A stretch of 62,431 bases of DNA, filler included, from Collodictyon triciliatum (lineage: Eukaryota): the NCBI GenBank assembly GCA_043381765.1. It is 4 parts of 4 records of this genome, joined end to end, with 100 filler letters (N's around TTAATTAATTAA, not from the genome) between each part and the next. Parts side by side here need not be neighbours in the genome. Positions count along the whole stretch, not along the records: positions 24,599 to 49,070 come from JBHJMP010001083.1; 3 more parts are not named here. One strand, given 5' to 3'. Below, piece after piece: positions 32,401-45,100 of this stretch (positions within the stretch are counted from its first letter, which is position 1; every line of letters begins with the position of its first letter). Made by a program: the position numbers and the translations under genes. The notes under the pieces were generated by a model. It saw nothing but the letters and a program-made list of their open reading frames with translations. It had not been told where the DNA came from and ran no database searches.

Positions 32401-34502
32401 TGTCAGGGAGGCTAAGCGTATGTTAAGGAAATATGAGGACAACAAGGCACAAATATGACGCATCTATTTCTAAGGAGAATCCTGCGAATTGGATCTGGGT
32501 GGATTATTTTCTTTTTCATAAAAGAAAAATACGTCGAAAACGTACACAGGAAGGGAACTTGCTCCAGGAAGACCTCAAACATCTTGCGGAAGTGCTTGAT
32601 GTTTTGACGAAGGATATCTTCGCATGGTCCCATCAAGCGAGTGAATACCTCGTTCGATAGGCGGAGGGCCTATTATATGTTTCAAATAAGACATCTAGGT
32701 TGGTGGTTATGAAAGTATCATGGGTCTGACTTTCACAGTCGAAGAGGGCTACGAAAGTACCTTGGCTGGGCCGTTGAAAGCAACTACATTGGCATTTCGG
32801 GGCTTGTCGGTGAGAAGAGCAACCTCGCCAAAGTAGTCGCCAGATTCAAGACGACGAAGCTCGATTGGTTCCTCACCAGCGTGCGGGGTTCTGAAAATGG
32901 TAGCTTCGCCCTGTGGAATAAGGAAATGATTAGAACGTGCACAAAATTATCCTTGTGGTGTGATATGAAAATATATAATGGGGGAAAACAATGGCTAGCG
33001 AAACAAAGCCAACATCTTCACCATCCTGCACAAAATTGAAAGGAAGAATAAAAATATATATAATAGGGGGAAAAAATAACGATCGTGACAGGCGAGACTA
33101 AGAAAACAGATCGCACGCACGGCGTCAAGACTGAGAGAGAGAGAAAATGACAGATAAGTACAGTTTGATAGTTTCATACCTCCACCAGAATAAAGAAAGC
33201 GTCTCCAGCTTCTCCTTGGCGAATAATATAATCTCCTTCATCGTAACTGACTTCTTCCAAAGCATCAGCAAGGATGAACTTTTCAAGTTTAGACAGAGGC
33301 TCTGGGATGTTTAAATGAGAAGAGAATACCAAAACCAAACATCATATCAGAGGACCACAGTTAGCAGTATGGTGACAGGTCTCATTCCTTTTTCTTTTTT
33401 CGTTGTTATTATCAAAACTAAAAAGAAAAATAAGCCAATCATGAATTTCAAAATGAAAAAGGGGGTTGACTAAGAAGGACAAAAGACCTAGAATTGAGAC
33501 ATTCTCAATGAAGTTCTCGTATAGATTGCGCTTCTCTGTATTCGAGTGAACGAGAATGGTTCTGAAGGTGGTGCGATCGAGAGCCCACACTTTTGAAGAC
33601 TCAGAAGCCTGTATAGGAAGTTTGGGTCATAAGCTCACTCTCAACCCAAGAAACATTTAAACATCGAGGCGACTGGAGCAATTTCATAACCGGAACGATT
33701 TCTGTGCAACTGTTTCGCACTCATATAAAATCCTAATTCATATAAAAGCGATGTAAGGATTGGTATAATAATTGAAGATGGCATACTCTGACGGTAGCAG
33801 CGCGAGGGCAATTATACATCAAAGCAAGCTCGCCGAAGCTTCTGCCCGGCCCAGCAGTTCCAACCGGATTCCCATGGACGATGAACTCAAAGAGACCAGT
33901 TTCAACGATGTAAAAGTAGTCACCCTGGTCCCCTACGTCCACATCACCGGAGTTAAGCAGCGCTCCAAACAAGAAGCACTCGTATATATATATATAAAAA
34001 GAAAAGAAAAGAAAAGAAAAGAAAAGAAAAGAAAAGAAAAGAAAAGAAAAGAAAAGAAAAGAAAAGAAAAGAAAAGAAAAGAAAAGAAAAGAAAAGAAAA
34101 GAAAAGAAAAGAAAAGAAAAGAAAAGAAAAGAAAAGAAAAAGACAGCTATTCCAAACAAACAATATATGAAATGAAGACAAGCATAGTCCCAGAAACTGA
34201 GGAAGAAGCAGCAAACCTTGCTTGATAAGATCCTCGCCAGGCTTCACCAGCACCTGAACCATGGCGTCGGCAACTTCCTGCAGCTGCTCAGAACTCAGAT
34301 GCGAAAAAACCACGCTCTTTGCGGCAGCCTCGCGGATGTGCTGCGTGGCCTCGGGCGTCTTTGGGATCACCACGCGGGCATTGCTTGTGTTGGACGTCGA
34401 TGAAGACTCGGCACTCACGGCCTGGCGTCTGCGGCCCCGCTGCATGTAGCGCTCGGCCTCAGGCGGAGGTAATTCGGCCACGGCTTCGACTTCGGCGTCC
34501 AT
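28982..34502 (-). CDS. PKA regulatory-subunit-like protein with 2 inhibitor sites, 6 cNMP-binding domains and a C-terminal CaaX; multi-exon
   Basis: RRRQAVSAE is followed by PBCs [32 protein letters not shown] and [25 protein letters not shown] is followed by [32 protein letters not shown] and [16 protein letters not shown]. All junctions join in phase through GT-AG introns. The S/P/E-rich tail ends GRKKCTVM*. Confidence 0.88.
33997..34141 (+). repeat. (AAAAG)n intronic microsatellite
   Basis: Directly visible in the sequence. Confidence 0.95.
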
Positions 34503-35609
34503 CGGCTCTGGGTTGATCGGCTGGAAAGGAGGCGGTCTGGTGTTAGTATGCGGTGATCACTTTCGTTGGTCTATAAGCCTTCTTTTTCTCTTTTCTTTTC
34601 CTTTTTCCTTTTTTTTTCTTTTTCTTTTTCTTTTTCTTTTTCTGTTGCTGTCTGACAAAGTCGTGCTTGATTCGAGTGCTGATCAAGGCCTGGTGTCTTT
34701 TTCGTGGGTCTTTGAGTCATCCAATCTTTGTTGGTAGGAAGAAGGGTATGTAGGGTTTTGGTTTCCGCGAGGCAATTATTGTGATCGGAGCTCATTTGCG
34801 CGGTGGCAGCCCCGATTTTCTTCCTTTCTTTTTTTGCTTCTTTTTGCTTCTTTTTTGTTTCTTGCTTGTTTCCTTAGAACTGGGCAGGGCAGCTTTTACC
34901 GGCGAGGTAAAAAAAAAAAAAGAGCCAACGGCTGCGAGTGGGCGTCTCTCCTTCCCTATGCTTTCCTTTCACTTCCTGGACATGAACTAACTGTTGGGGA
35001 ATTCTCCAGTCTTCAGCGTGGCAATTGCGTCTTTGACCCACGCGACCGCCGCCTTCTTCCACAGGCCGACTCTCTCGCTTTGGGTCGTTATGTCTCGCTT
35101 TGTTGGATTTGTGATGTGCCACAATCTCGCTTGGCGTCTGTGAGCGTTTCCCTGTGCGTTGCTGGAATTCCTGCACATCCAAAGAGAGTCCGCCAAGATA
35201 TGCCATTCCATTCTCGAGTTACAAATTATTATGTAATCTTATGTGTATTTGTGTACTAAAATTTCTGTATGTAGGGGTTTTTATTTTATAAAATGTTTAT
35301 ATGATGTATATATATAAGTAAAATCCGCAATTGGAAGTATAATTTGGTATGATAAAACTCTAAAGCGTTTTCTTTCGTTTTTTTTCTGCTTCGTTGCCTT
35401 CAAAACAGAGGTAAGAGACAAAGTATCTGACGCGACTCGTTGGTTCGCCAGTGCCTGCGAGGGAGAGCGGTCTGGGGCTCTGCCCACTCTTTTCTGTTTT
35501 TGTTTTATTTGTTTGTGTGAAAAGCCTCGTTATTTTGTTTTATATAAAACAAATGTATACCAAGAATGCCTTTCAAAAACCTCACAGGTAGAATATGTAG
35601 CCCGTAGGA

Positions 35610-38600
35610 ATGGTTCACGTGGTCGTGAGGAAGCAGGAGGTTATCGTCTTGGTTCTTGTGGGTTTTGATTAATAGTTTCCAAGGAATCTCCATTCAACCC
35701 ACCCGCCATGTCTATTATATCATATAATGAGTTTTCCTTCTGTCTTTGCTGCGTTTAAATTTCAAGGTTCTCCTATCACTCAATAAATAAGAGTGAAGGT
35801 ATACAAGTCAGACATTTGCTTCCAGTTTTTTGTTGCTTTTTTTTTTCTCCAAGTTAATGAGAAGGACTGCATATATCGGCGTCTCATGATTTTGCCAAGT
35901 AATACTTGTCCCAAACGCCCGTGCCGTGTTTCTTTCAGGACTTTCTAAAGCAGAACGGACTAATCAGAGCGATGCGCGGGCTGGAAATAGAAACAGGGTT
36001 GCGGAGTGACCTTTTTGGAAAAGAGATACAACACATTCGTGACATGATACTTGACGGCAATTGGGATGGTGTCGAGCGCTATCTTCGTCCATACCAGGTA
36101 ATGTCAGTATAAAGAGTAGAATAAAAGACAAACACAAATACAAATACAAAAAAATAATACTCTTATTTCCCACTTACTGCATAATTCTTTTTGAGATAGA
36201 GCCATTTACAATTCTATCGAGATTTTATATTATACATTATCTTTTAATGATATTTTTTTTTGTCAATTTGGCATCATGCAAAACCCATGGTTTATTATCA
36301 TAATCTTTCAAGTCGCAAGATATTCCATTATTTTCTCTTTCTATTACACTATGTTGAATGATACCAAAAGTGTCGATTACTTACACTTGCAATTATAGTG
36401 ATTAAAAAAACATAATTACATTTTTTTTATCGGACTCTCATATCCGTAGCAATGAGAAAATCAATAACCCTCTCATTTGCACGTTTATTCTAATAGAAAA
36501 GATTTGGGGGTGATTATGGAAACATTTTATTTCTTCTGAGGAAGCAGAGGTTCCTGGAGTCAGTTGAATACCAACATCTAAATCCTGCAGTGGTGCAACT
36601 GGTTGACGGGCTTAAGGTTATATATCCACCATGGTCTTTTAATTCCTCATAAATCTCGTTGTTCTGTTGAATACTAGCTACATATTATCAATGCATCCTG
36701 TGAAAATCTTTGAATCGAATAAAGAAAAAATACGTCATGTAAAAATCCATGAATTTGACTGTCACATCGACCAACACATTTCTCAGTACTATCTGTAATT
36801 GGTTGTGTGGCTTATCAATCTTTTGAAACACGACTTGGTGTATTGAAGGACCAATCATTCACATTATATTCTCTTTTCCAAACAAAAAAAAAAAAAGGAT
36901 CTTGAACACCAATGCTCTCCTCAAGAATTCAACGAGTTGTGTTATTTAATCACGCTACCTCGGATAGCTGAACATCCCAGATATGTCCATTGGACCCCTA
37001 TGAAGGTATTCCAGTTTCGCTTTTTTCTTGAATGATTTTAATAATTTACAGGGAAATCACCGATATCCAACTTATCGCATATATTTATTATATTGTCTTT
37101 AATGTTCGCTTTGAATAGAATAAAGGAAAAAAAAAGTATCTTTAGGGTTCAGCACATGAACACTAGATTTCTATACTTTTACAATTCACTATCAGATGGT
37201 AAATATACCCCCCTTGATGGTCTGGACTGCTTCAAACTTATTTACCGTAATTATTAACTAGGGACGGCATCTGACCTTTGAAGCAATATACCCAGTCGCT
37301 GAGATGGTATTTGGGTCAAACCCACAAGGGCATGATTTTGTACCTAATCGATTGGAGAAACTTTTGAAACAATCACTTTCCTTTCAGGTAATTACGGCAT
37401 TATCGTAAAATAAAATATTCAGAATCCATATTTGACATTTTTTTTTTCAGATAGCTAGATGGAGAACGCACTACCCACAAGCTCCTCCACTACCAGACCC
37501 ATTGTATGCAACCCTATTGGATGATTTTGGGTATGCAGACCCTGAAGGTATTTCTTTTAAGATGATAATTGAAAAACGAATCAGTCATACTATTTTCTAA
37601 GTGGGTAAAACAGCCCCGATACTCCTATGTAAGGCGTTTTTTTTTTTAATAAAAATTTCAAAATAAAATTACCATAGAAACGCCCCCTATGACACAGGCT
37701 GCACTTCACGAAATGAAATCGATTGGAATTGAATTGTAGGGTGTCTGTGTGATTCTATATTGTTGTCATAAGCTAGATGCTTTCGTGTTTTATAATTGCC
37801 CTTTCTAACCTCGCCGCTCTTTGAATCGAATAAAGGAAAAAAATTTTCCTCTTTCTAAAAAAATTCCTTGATATTTCGAAACCAATATCATCATCAATCT
37901 TTTCCTAACATGATTTTTCTTTTATAGGATTCAAATTATTTTCTTACAATTTTTTTTGTTTCGGTCATATGCATAGTGTAAATATGGACCATTATGATGA
38001 ATCCAAGGCCGATGATTTTACCCATGAACCAATAACACCAGAGGTTCAAACAATAAAGGCAGAGTAATGGTCTATTTGTCCCAAAAATGAAATATTCAAT
38101 CCTTCTTTATGTCAAAAGAAATAGTTTACCAAGTAACCTTAGATTACTAGCTTTGTGAAGGTTTAGTTATGTGTAATGGAAATATTTGATTAATTAATGA
38201 GATTGTTTTTATCAAATATTGGGACATTCATCTTGTATATATGCGCGCTTTATGACAAAGTCTTGCAAGTCCGAAGTCGCGAAGTCCCTCCCCAGTCAGT
38301 CGACATGTTCCACTGAAAACTCCTACAGAAAAAAATGAAGGTGCTCAAATTTACCATATTTCCCCGCTTCAATAATTTATTCACTCCAATTTCTCGTCTT
38401 CGATACTCCGACAGAACCAAGAGACAGAAGGCCGAAATCATGGAGCATTGACCCACCTCGTAAGTCTCTATGACCTATAATCCATAAATTATGCATTTTT
38501 TTTATTTTTATCCTTCACTGTTACGTGGATCTTTAATTTTTTTTTTAATTTTTTGGAATTTTATTTGGCAGGTGTCAATATGAAGAGGTCAGAGCACGCC

Positions 38601-41600
38601 CAGGCAGCAAGTATCTCACCCAAAGCCACACCCAGATTTACTGAGAGGCCAAACTCGTAAATTCAATTTTTGGGCGACTTACATTATGCCATTTAGATCG
38701 AATGAATAGTTTTTTTTAATTCAAGCAGAACTTTAAAGATCCAGCTTCTGCCACTACTATCTATGGAAAATAATAACAATAATAACAGTCTCATACATAA
38801 CTAACAGAAAGGATTCTAGTCCTCGGAGTTTACCGCCGTCAAGGTCGTTACTGGAGGTATTCAGAAGGCTTCTTTGAATTGTCAAATGGATTGTCTTATC
38901 AATAGCGCAAATAAAATTTAATTATCCTTTTTTCGAATATTTTACTTATGGTTTTTCGACTTCAAGGCGGGAAATATACAAAAACTGAGGCCTATTGGAA
39001 TCTTCAAAGATGCTAACATAATTCGGTCTATTTGCATTCACCCAAGATTGGCATGGTAATAAGCTAATCTGGATATTGTCACCTTACTCCTTCTTTTCTC
39101 ACTCCCAGATTTTATCTCTAAAAAACTATCGAGCCCTATGGCCATAGTATCAAAAATAAATAAATAAATAAATAAATAAAATAGGTTTCCAACTTGAGAT
39201 ACATATTCTAGGGAAACATAACCAAATATACACGAAGTCATACTAACCCTTTCTTTGTCTACGTCAGCGCTGCGATTGGAGGAAATTCTAAAGCTGTGAG
39301 TATCATTTCTTTGGAATGCAATGATGGAGGAGAAGGTTTCACTTTTGTTTTATTCCAACCTTACATTCCTACATTTTAATGCATTATCCTTTAAGAAACC
39401 TCGAATTTATGCAACTATATCTCAAATCGAATATGTAAAAGAAAATAATAAGCCAGCCTTCAACCAAAATAAAAAAAGAAAAAGGAAAGAAAAAAGACAC
39501 AGAATATAGATTCAGGTCAATTCTAAATAATTTCTTGAAATAACGAAAGGCATACAGGAGTTGAGATTGATACAAAAATTTCCTGCCCAGCACCACGGTT
39601 CAATATATTCTGTGGGTTGGAACTGCACAGGTTTAATCTTCATTTTATATACGCTGTTCTTGTTTTTGTTACACGCGCTGGTTGAAAATGAATTGTTTTT
39701 CCTTCGACAGCTAGGGATATTATTTGATTATTTGAATGAGAAAGAGCAGCTATTCCCCGCAGTACTCACCTTTCCTCTCATATATTTTTTTCAAGGCAGA
39801 CTACTGGCCTCAGGGTCTAACGATCAGAAAGTCAGCTCCCTATTTCAAACTTTGAAAAAAAAATCTCTCCGCTCTAAATGATAATAACCTCAACCCACTA
39901 TTTTTCCTTCGTAACAGAGTCACGATGACACATGATACTTTATCCAATTGATAGTTATTTTTTAATCAAATGCAGATCACTGTAATAGGTCTTGAGGATG
40001 ATTTTTTGCTCGATAAGGTATCTTCGATAAAATGCAAACAAAAAAATGGTTTCCATTTAATATACCCTATTCATATGATACTTGAAACTCTTTGGCTCTG
40101 TCACAAACAAAATATTTGAACTTTTATTCTTTTTAGAACAAAGAAGTGATTCTTCGAGGACATGATGGCACGATACGTGACCTTTCGTTCAGCCCTATCA
40201 CGCCTGGATTGCTAAGTAGCTTCAGAGACCTTGATGTTTCATTACTGATTTTTGCGTCTCTTTCTTACAGAAGGGAAAGGCAGATTAGGCAGTTGATTTT
40301 AAATCAGACCTTCTCGTTCACAAATGTGTTTATTCTGCACCTCAGTTTCGGGAGGAAGTGGAGATTGCAGGTTCAGGGTATGGGATGCTATTCGAGGTCG
40401 TTGTTTGCACCCTCATGACGGACATACAGGAACAATCACAAGTGTGGGATTCAACAAAGATGGAAGGTAAGAAAATAAAAACTACTTGGTTCTCCTAATC
40501 TTATTTAGATACATATTTGCATATCAATGGTACTTCATTTTTTTCTCCCTTTATTCGATTCAAAGAATGGTACTTCATCTTATGAATTGATGTAAGTCCT
40601 GTCCATCCTATATGTATCCAATAAATATAAAAATTTCTTTCGAAATGTTGCCTATCAGTCTGATGGGGTCTGCATCTGAGGATGGTACGATTCGGATTTG
40701 GGACGCAAGAACTCCGAAATGCACTCTCACAATATCCCCGAATAATGGAGAGGTCTATCCAACCCGCCAAATCTTTAATTAAAATTTCTCGGCATATCAT
40801 ATATTTGCATTTCTAATAAATGAACTAAATATTTCAAAAAAAAAGAATATAAATTCCCAATTTTCTTACTTTGGTACCAAAGTTTATGTTGTGTCAACAT
40901 CAAATCATACCATCGCATCTATTATCATATAGATATCATCTATTTCGTTCAGTCCCTCTCATAATATAGTGACTGCAGCTTTTACAAGTATGTGTTATAC
41001 TTATAATGTGCACCAAACGGTGTATCAAGATTCGGCACTATATTCTTATCTGACATCGGACATATCTATTAACAATATTGATTGACTGACACTCCACCCA
41101 AACAGACTCGAGTTGTTTTATGATTGACGTGACAACAGGACGGACTTTTTATGAGCTCAGAAGACACAGTGCATCGTGTTCATCAGGTTCACTGGGCCGC
41201 AACCTCTTAATCTAATCCAACAAGTCACATCACAATGTCATATTTGCATTTTGGCAATTACATGTGCATATATGCTTAAAGTCCACAACAAATACTATGC
41301 TAAAAGAATTTTTTCTAAAAAAAAATTGTATGTGCACGGAAAGCAAAAACTAACATCGCCACACGTACTACTAAGTGGATTTCTTTCCTGGCGGCGATTG
41401 GCTCCTGACCAGTTCGTACGACTGCTCCATAAATGCAATCCCCACAGAACTGACCATGTCAGGAAGGGGTGACTTGAATTCGCTTGCGCAATCGTTCAAC
41501 TACCATGAGGACAAAGTCTTGAAGGTAACATCATACCTTAAATTTGCGATTAACTGAAAAAAACAAAAAAACAAGAAAACAAAAAAACAAAAACAAAAAA

Positions 41601-41789
41601 AACAAAAAAAACAAAAAAACAAATAAAAATTACAATTTTTTTCTAATGTAACAATCAAAAAATAATGCCCGATGACTGGACAAGAGTTCTGCTGAATATA
41701 AATATTCGAATTAGGTTTGTTGTCACCCAACACGCATTTCCTTCTTGTCATCATGCGCGGACCGCACTGTTGTTTTCTGGGATTCCTAG
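35610..41789 (+). CDS. WDR47: WDR47-like (LisH-CTLH plus C-terminal WD40), multi-exon
   Basis: N-terminus MVHVVVRKQEVIVLVL|DFLKQNGLIRAMRGLEIETG…ILDGNWDGVERYLRP, then FLLRKQRFLE, EFNELCYLITLP, IRSICIHP, HHGSIYSVGWN and LASGSND. The C-terminus HEDKVLKVCCHPTRISFLSSCADRTVVFWDS* parallels the end of WDR47. Confidence 0.85.
36708..36730 (+). mobile_element. ultra-short LINE-tail insertion in a WDR47 intron
   Basis: CTTTGAATCGAATAAAGAAAAAA lies between the degenerate duplicates ATGCATCCTGTGAAAATC and ATACGTCATGTAAAAATC. Confidence 0.6.
37109..37135 (+). mobile_element. ultra-short LINE-tail insertion in a WDR47 intron
   Basis: CTTTGAATAGAATAAAGG(A)9, with a possible degraded TSD (TGTCTTTAATGTTC / TATCTTTAGGGTTC). 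Confidence 0.6.
37806..37843 (+). mobile_element. short LINE-tail insertion in a WDR47 intron
   Basis: TAACCTCGCCGCTCTTTGAATCGAATAAAGGAAAAAAA matches 58445-58482 (TAACCTCGCTGCACTTTGAATCGAATAAAGGAAAAAAA). Confidence 0.75.
40539..40565 (-). mobile_element. 27-nt LINE-tail insertion with a perfect 13-bp TSD
   Basis: AATGGTACTTCAT at 40526-40538 and 40566-40578 flanks a segment whose minus strand reads CTTTGAATCGAATAAAGGGAGAAAAAA. Confidence 0.85.
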
Positions 41790-42137
41790 TTTGAAAGGAA
41801 ATGCCACGCATACTCCATCCCGCCTGTTTAGTTCGACCATGCAAAATATCACTGCAAAACACTTAAAGAAAAAGCTTATAAATTGATTTTTCTAATCATT
41901 CCTTTTAGTGCTATGCATTCGGTGCTTTTCATCTGTTCAATTATTCTGAGACAAGAAAGCAAAATTTACAATAGAAAACGCGGTAGGCTTGGGAATCATA
42001 GCAACGACATTATTTTTTTTTTTTTTAAAAAAGGGAAAGGAAAGGCAATGCATTTGAATGAGAAAAATAATCTGAAGAAAAAGGAAATGATTTAACAATA
42101 ATAAAGAACATGGAAAATATAAGCAACTGAGAGTTGG

Positions 42138-45100
42138 TCATGAATCAGGCAAAGTGATAAGCTCATAAACAGATGAAATGATTTCGCGGATGATGGAAGG
42201 ATGCTCCTCGGCGACCCGGTGCCCCCCGTCCATAAGACGGAAATGAATCCCATTTCGTTTCTTGATGACATCTTCCAAAGCTGCATTCTGGTCTCCGAAG
42301 ACCTAAGTGCCCAAGAACGCCATAAAAAACCATAAAATATTTTTTAGAATGGAAAAATATTAAAAAAATGCTTAGAAAAGATTAAAAATCATTAAAAAAC
42401 ACTAAAACAAAACAAAAAAAAAACAGAAGGAAGAAATCGAAAAGCTTGATATTGGCGAACATCTATTTGAGTGTGTTTCTATGGCAGGAACCTTCATGAT
42501 ATCGGCTGAGTGGATTGGTTGCACAAGAATGTCGTCAGTGGACCGAACCACAATCAATGCCCAGTTCAATTGGACCAGCAATGGCCTCATATCAGTGTTG
42601 TTCTGGAAGCCTTTAATATGATTTTATTTATTACTTTTGCTGAGCAGGAAACTGCGAGAAAGACTCTGTGGAACTATTCTTGTCTGCGATATTAAATGTC
42701 GGATGATATACAGCCAGATGCAAACCTGTCATTATGTAGCGTTTGCCGGCAGGGTTTGCGGGTTCCTCGTCGTTAATGTGGACAACAATACGCGATTCTG
42801 CGCTCTTTGACGAGCTTTCTTTTTGGCTTGAGTTTAAAGATGCACCCGTTTTCAGGCGTCTTTGTTTGGCCAAATAGGCCTCGGAGTAGAATAAATGGGA
42901 GAAGAGCTGTATCAATCAGATTAGAGAAGTATGAATACAAAACCACCATTAAATTTGAAAATGGAATCAAAAAACTATTAATGATGCACATGGACACACA
43001 AATTATGTAAACTGCACCTTTTGAATTGTATCTGTATTTGTCACTTTCGCGCGAATAGAGTCTGCGGCAGAGAAGTTTTCGAAAACGATAGAAATGTGCA
43101 TGTCGACTACGAGGATTGGGTTGATGGCGAACAAGGCAAATATGGGATATTCTTTATGCTCAGCACCTAATTTCGTCAAAAGTAAGCAAATAGAGAAATG
43201 TGTTCCGCAGTTTCTTCTTCTAAATTATCCATTCAAATAATAAAAAAAAAACGAAACAGTATAAAATCAGCAAGTGCATTTTCATGTTGAAAAATTCATA
43301 GGATTGGCTAATTATTGCGGCACGCACGATATTTGCAAGCCACGCTCGCACCAAGTCCGAATGAAATGAAAAAGGTCGGTACAAGTTCCAACGAGAAGAG
43401 TTCCTAATTAAAACAAAACAAAACAAAACAAAACAAGAAACAAAATACTCATGTACTTAAAAAAAATCTTGGAAAGAACAAATGTAATATGATAATATGT
43501 TATAATTCTCAATCGGTACGCGAATGCTTTTAGAGTACCACATCTTCTATTGCAAGGGGAAAAATGGATCAGTTGGGCTTACATCTTTAGCCAAGGATAT
43601 GAGAAGCGAATGGAACACTTCCGATGCATACGAATTGCTGAATGGATGGTTTCCATCGAACTTGGAACGCGCTTGTCCTGGTCGACGCATCAAAATAATG
43701 TGGAAAAAAAAGGAGGAAGAATCCAACGACGACAGTAGCAGCAAATGCAGCAATACAAATAACAAAATTTAGAACATGCTCTCAATTATTTCGGAATAGT
43801 CTGCCATAGTTTGTGTGTCGTTATTGTGAAAAGGTAAACCGGCAAAGTTTTATGCATGCGTTTCGCTGTATGCAATTATGAGAGACTACAAAGTTTACCG
43901 GGGTAATTGAACATCAAAATTCGACAACAAGGCAGTCTAGATATGAGTGGCGACAATAGAGGTACATATGCTTCAAAATCGTCCATAAAATCGTTGAAAA
44001 CCACGACATTAACTAGAGAGACCGCAGCAGATGATTAGTCTTTGCTTGTTCTGAGTGATTTGCTTGTTCATCCTTTTAATCGGAGACATAATCTTCTTAA
44101 AGCGTGGTTAGGAAGACGCCTTTCATGTCCATTTCGCCGATGGTGTTTCAGAAGGAAAAAAAAGAAGCTACTTACATGCCACAGGGGACTCTTTATCTGG
44201 GGAGGTGATTATCTTAAAGGGTATATAGACAATCGAAGAAATGCGACACACAGTTCGTCGGGAGTTCTTTACAACCTGGGGATATGCCTTTATCTGCAAA
44301 CGGAGAAGCAAAACAATCATAATAATGCAAAATAAAATAGAAAAAAAAGGGAAGTTCGTTAATTCTGAGTTCAAATTCTCATGTTCCATGTTTCTTTCTG
44401 AATATATTGTACAGATAAAACAGCCAGATAATGAATGCGATATGCTTCGTCCGACCTTTGGTAATGGGCATGGCTTTGATTTCTCTACGGGTGGTTCTAA
44501 GTTTTTCAACGGAAGAAGGGGAATGTTTCTGACTTGTTTACCCACTTCACCGTCAGACACAGATCTGCTAAGTTTGCTTCGCATTTTATCATTGGGTGGC
44601 GACACCTATCGAATCACATTTTAAAAAGAACTGATTAGGGAGCTTAAAATTTTTTTAAATATATATAAAAAAGTCTTACTTTTACAGAGAAAGTTTCACC
44701 GAGTTGTAATTAAAACAAGAATAAATATATAAATAAACTCTAAGACGAAAATAACATAGCACATATATATTCAAAAAAAACTGGTCTGAATAAACAAAAA
44801 AAATTATATTTTTTTGCTTTTCTTTTAATAAAATTAAACACTACAGATGAAGCTTCTTCTCTACTCATAAACATTCCAATCGATTCTTTTGATTCACCCA
44901 TTCCCCGAAGTTTCTGAGACAAGTAAAACAACGAGAAACATTGTCAACGAGACAGACATTCATGCTGGCGCGGCGAGAGAAACCGCAAGGATATAGTTGC
45001 TTCCCATATCAAAAAATGAGGCACATACGCGGACGATGGAGTCTCTCATTATTGGTGACGTTCCACGCTGTATAGACCGTGACAGCTGAGAGAAAAGCCT

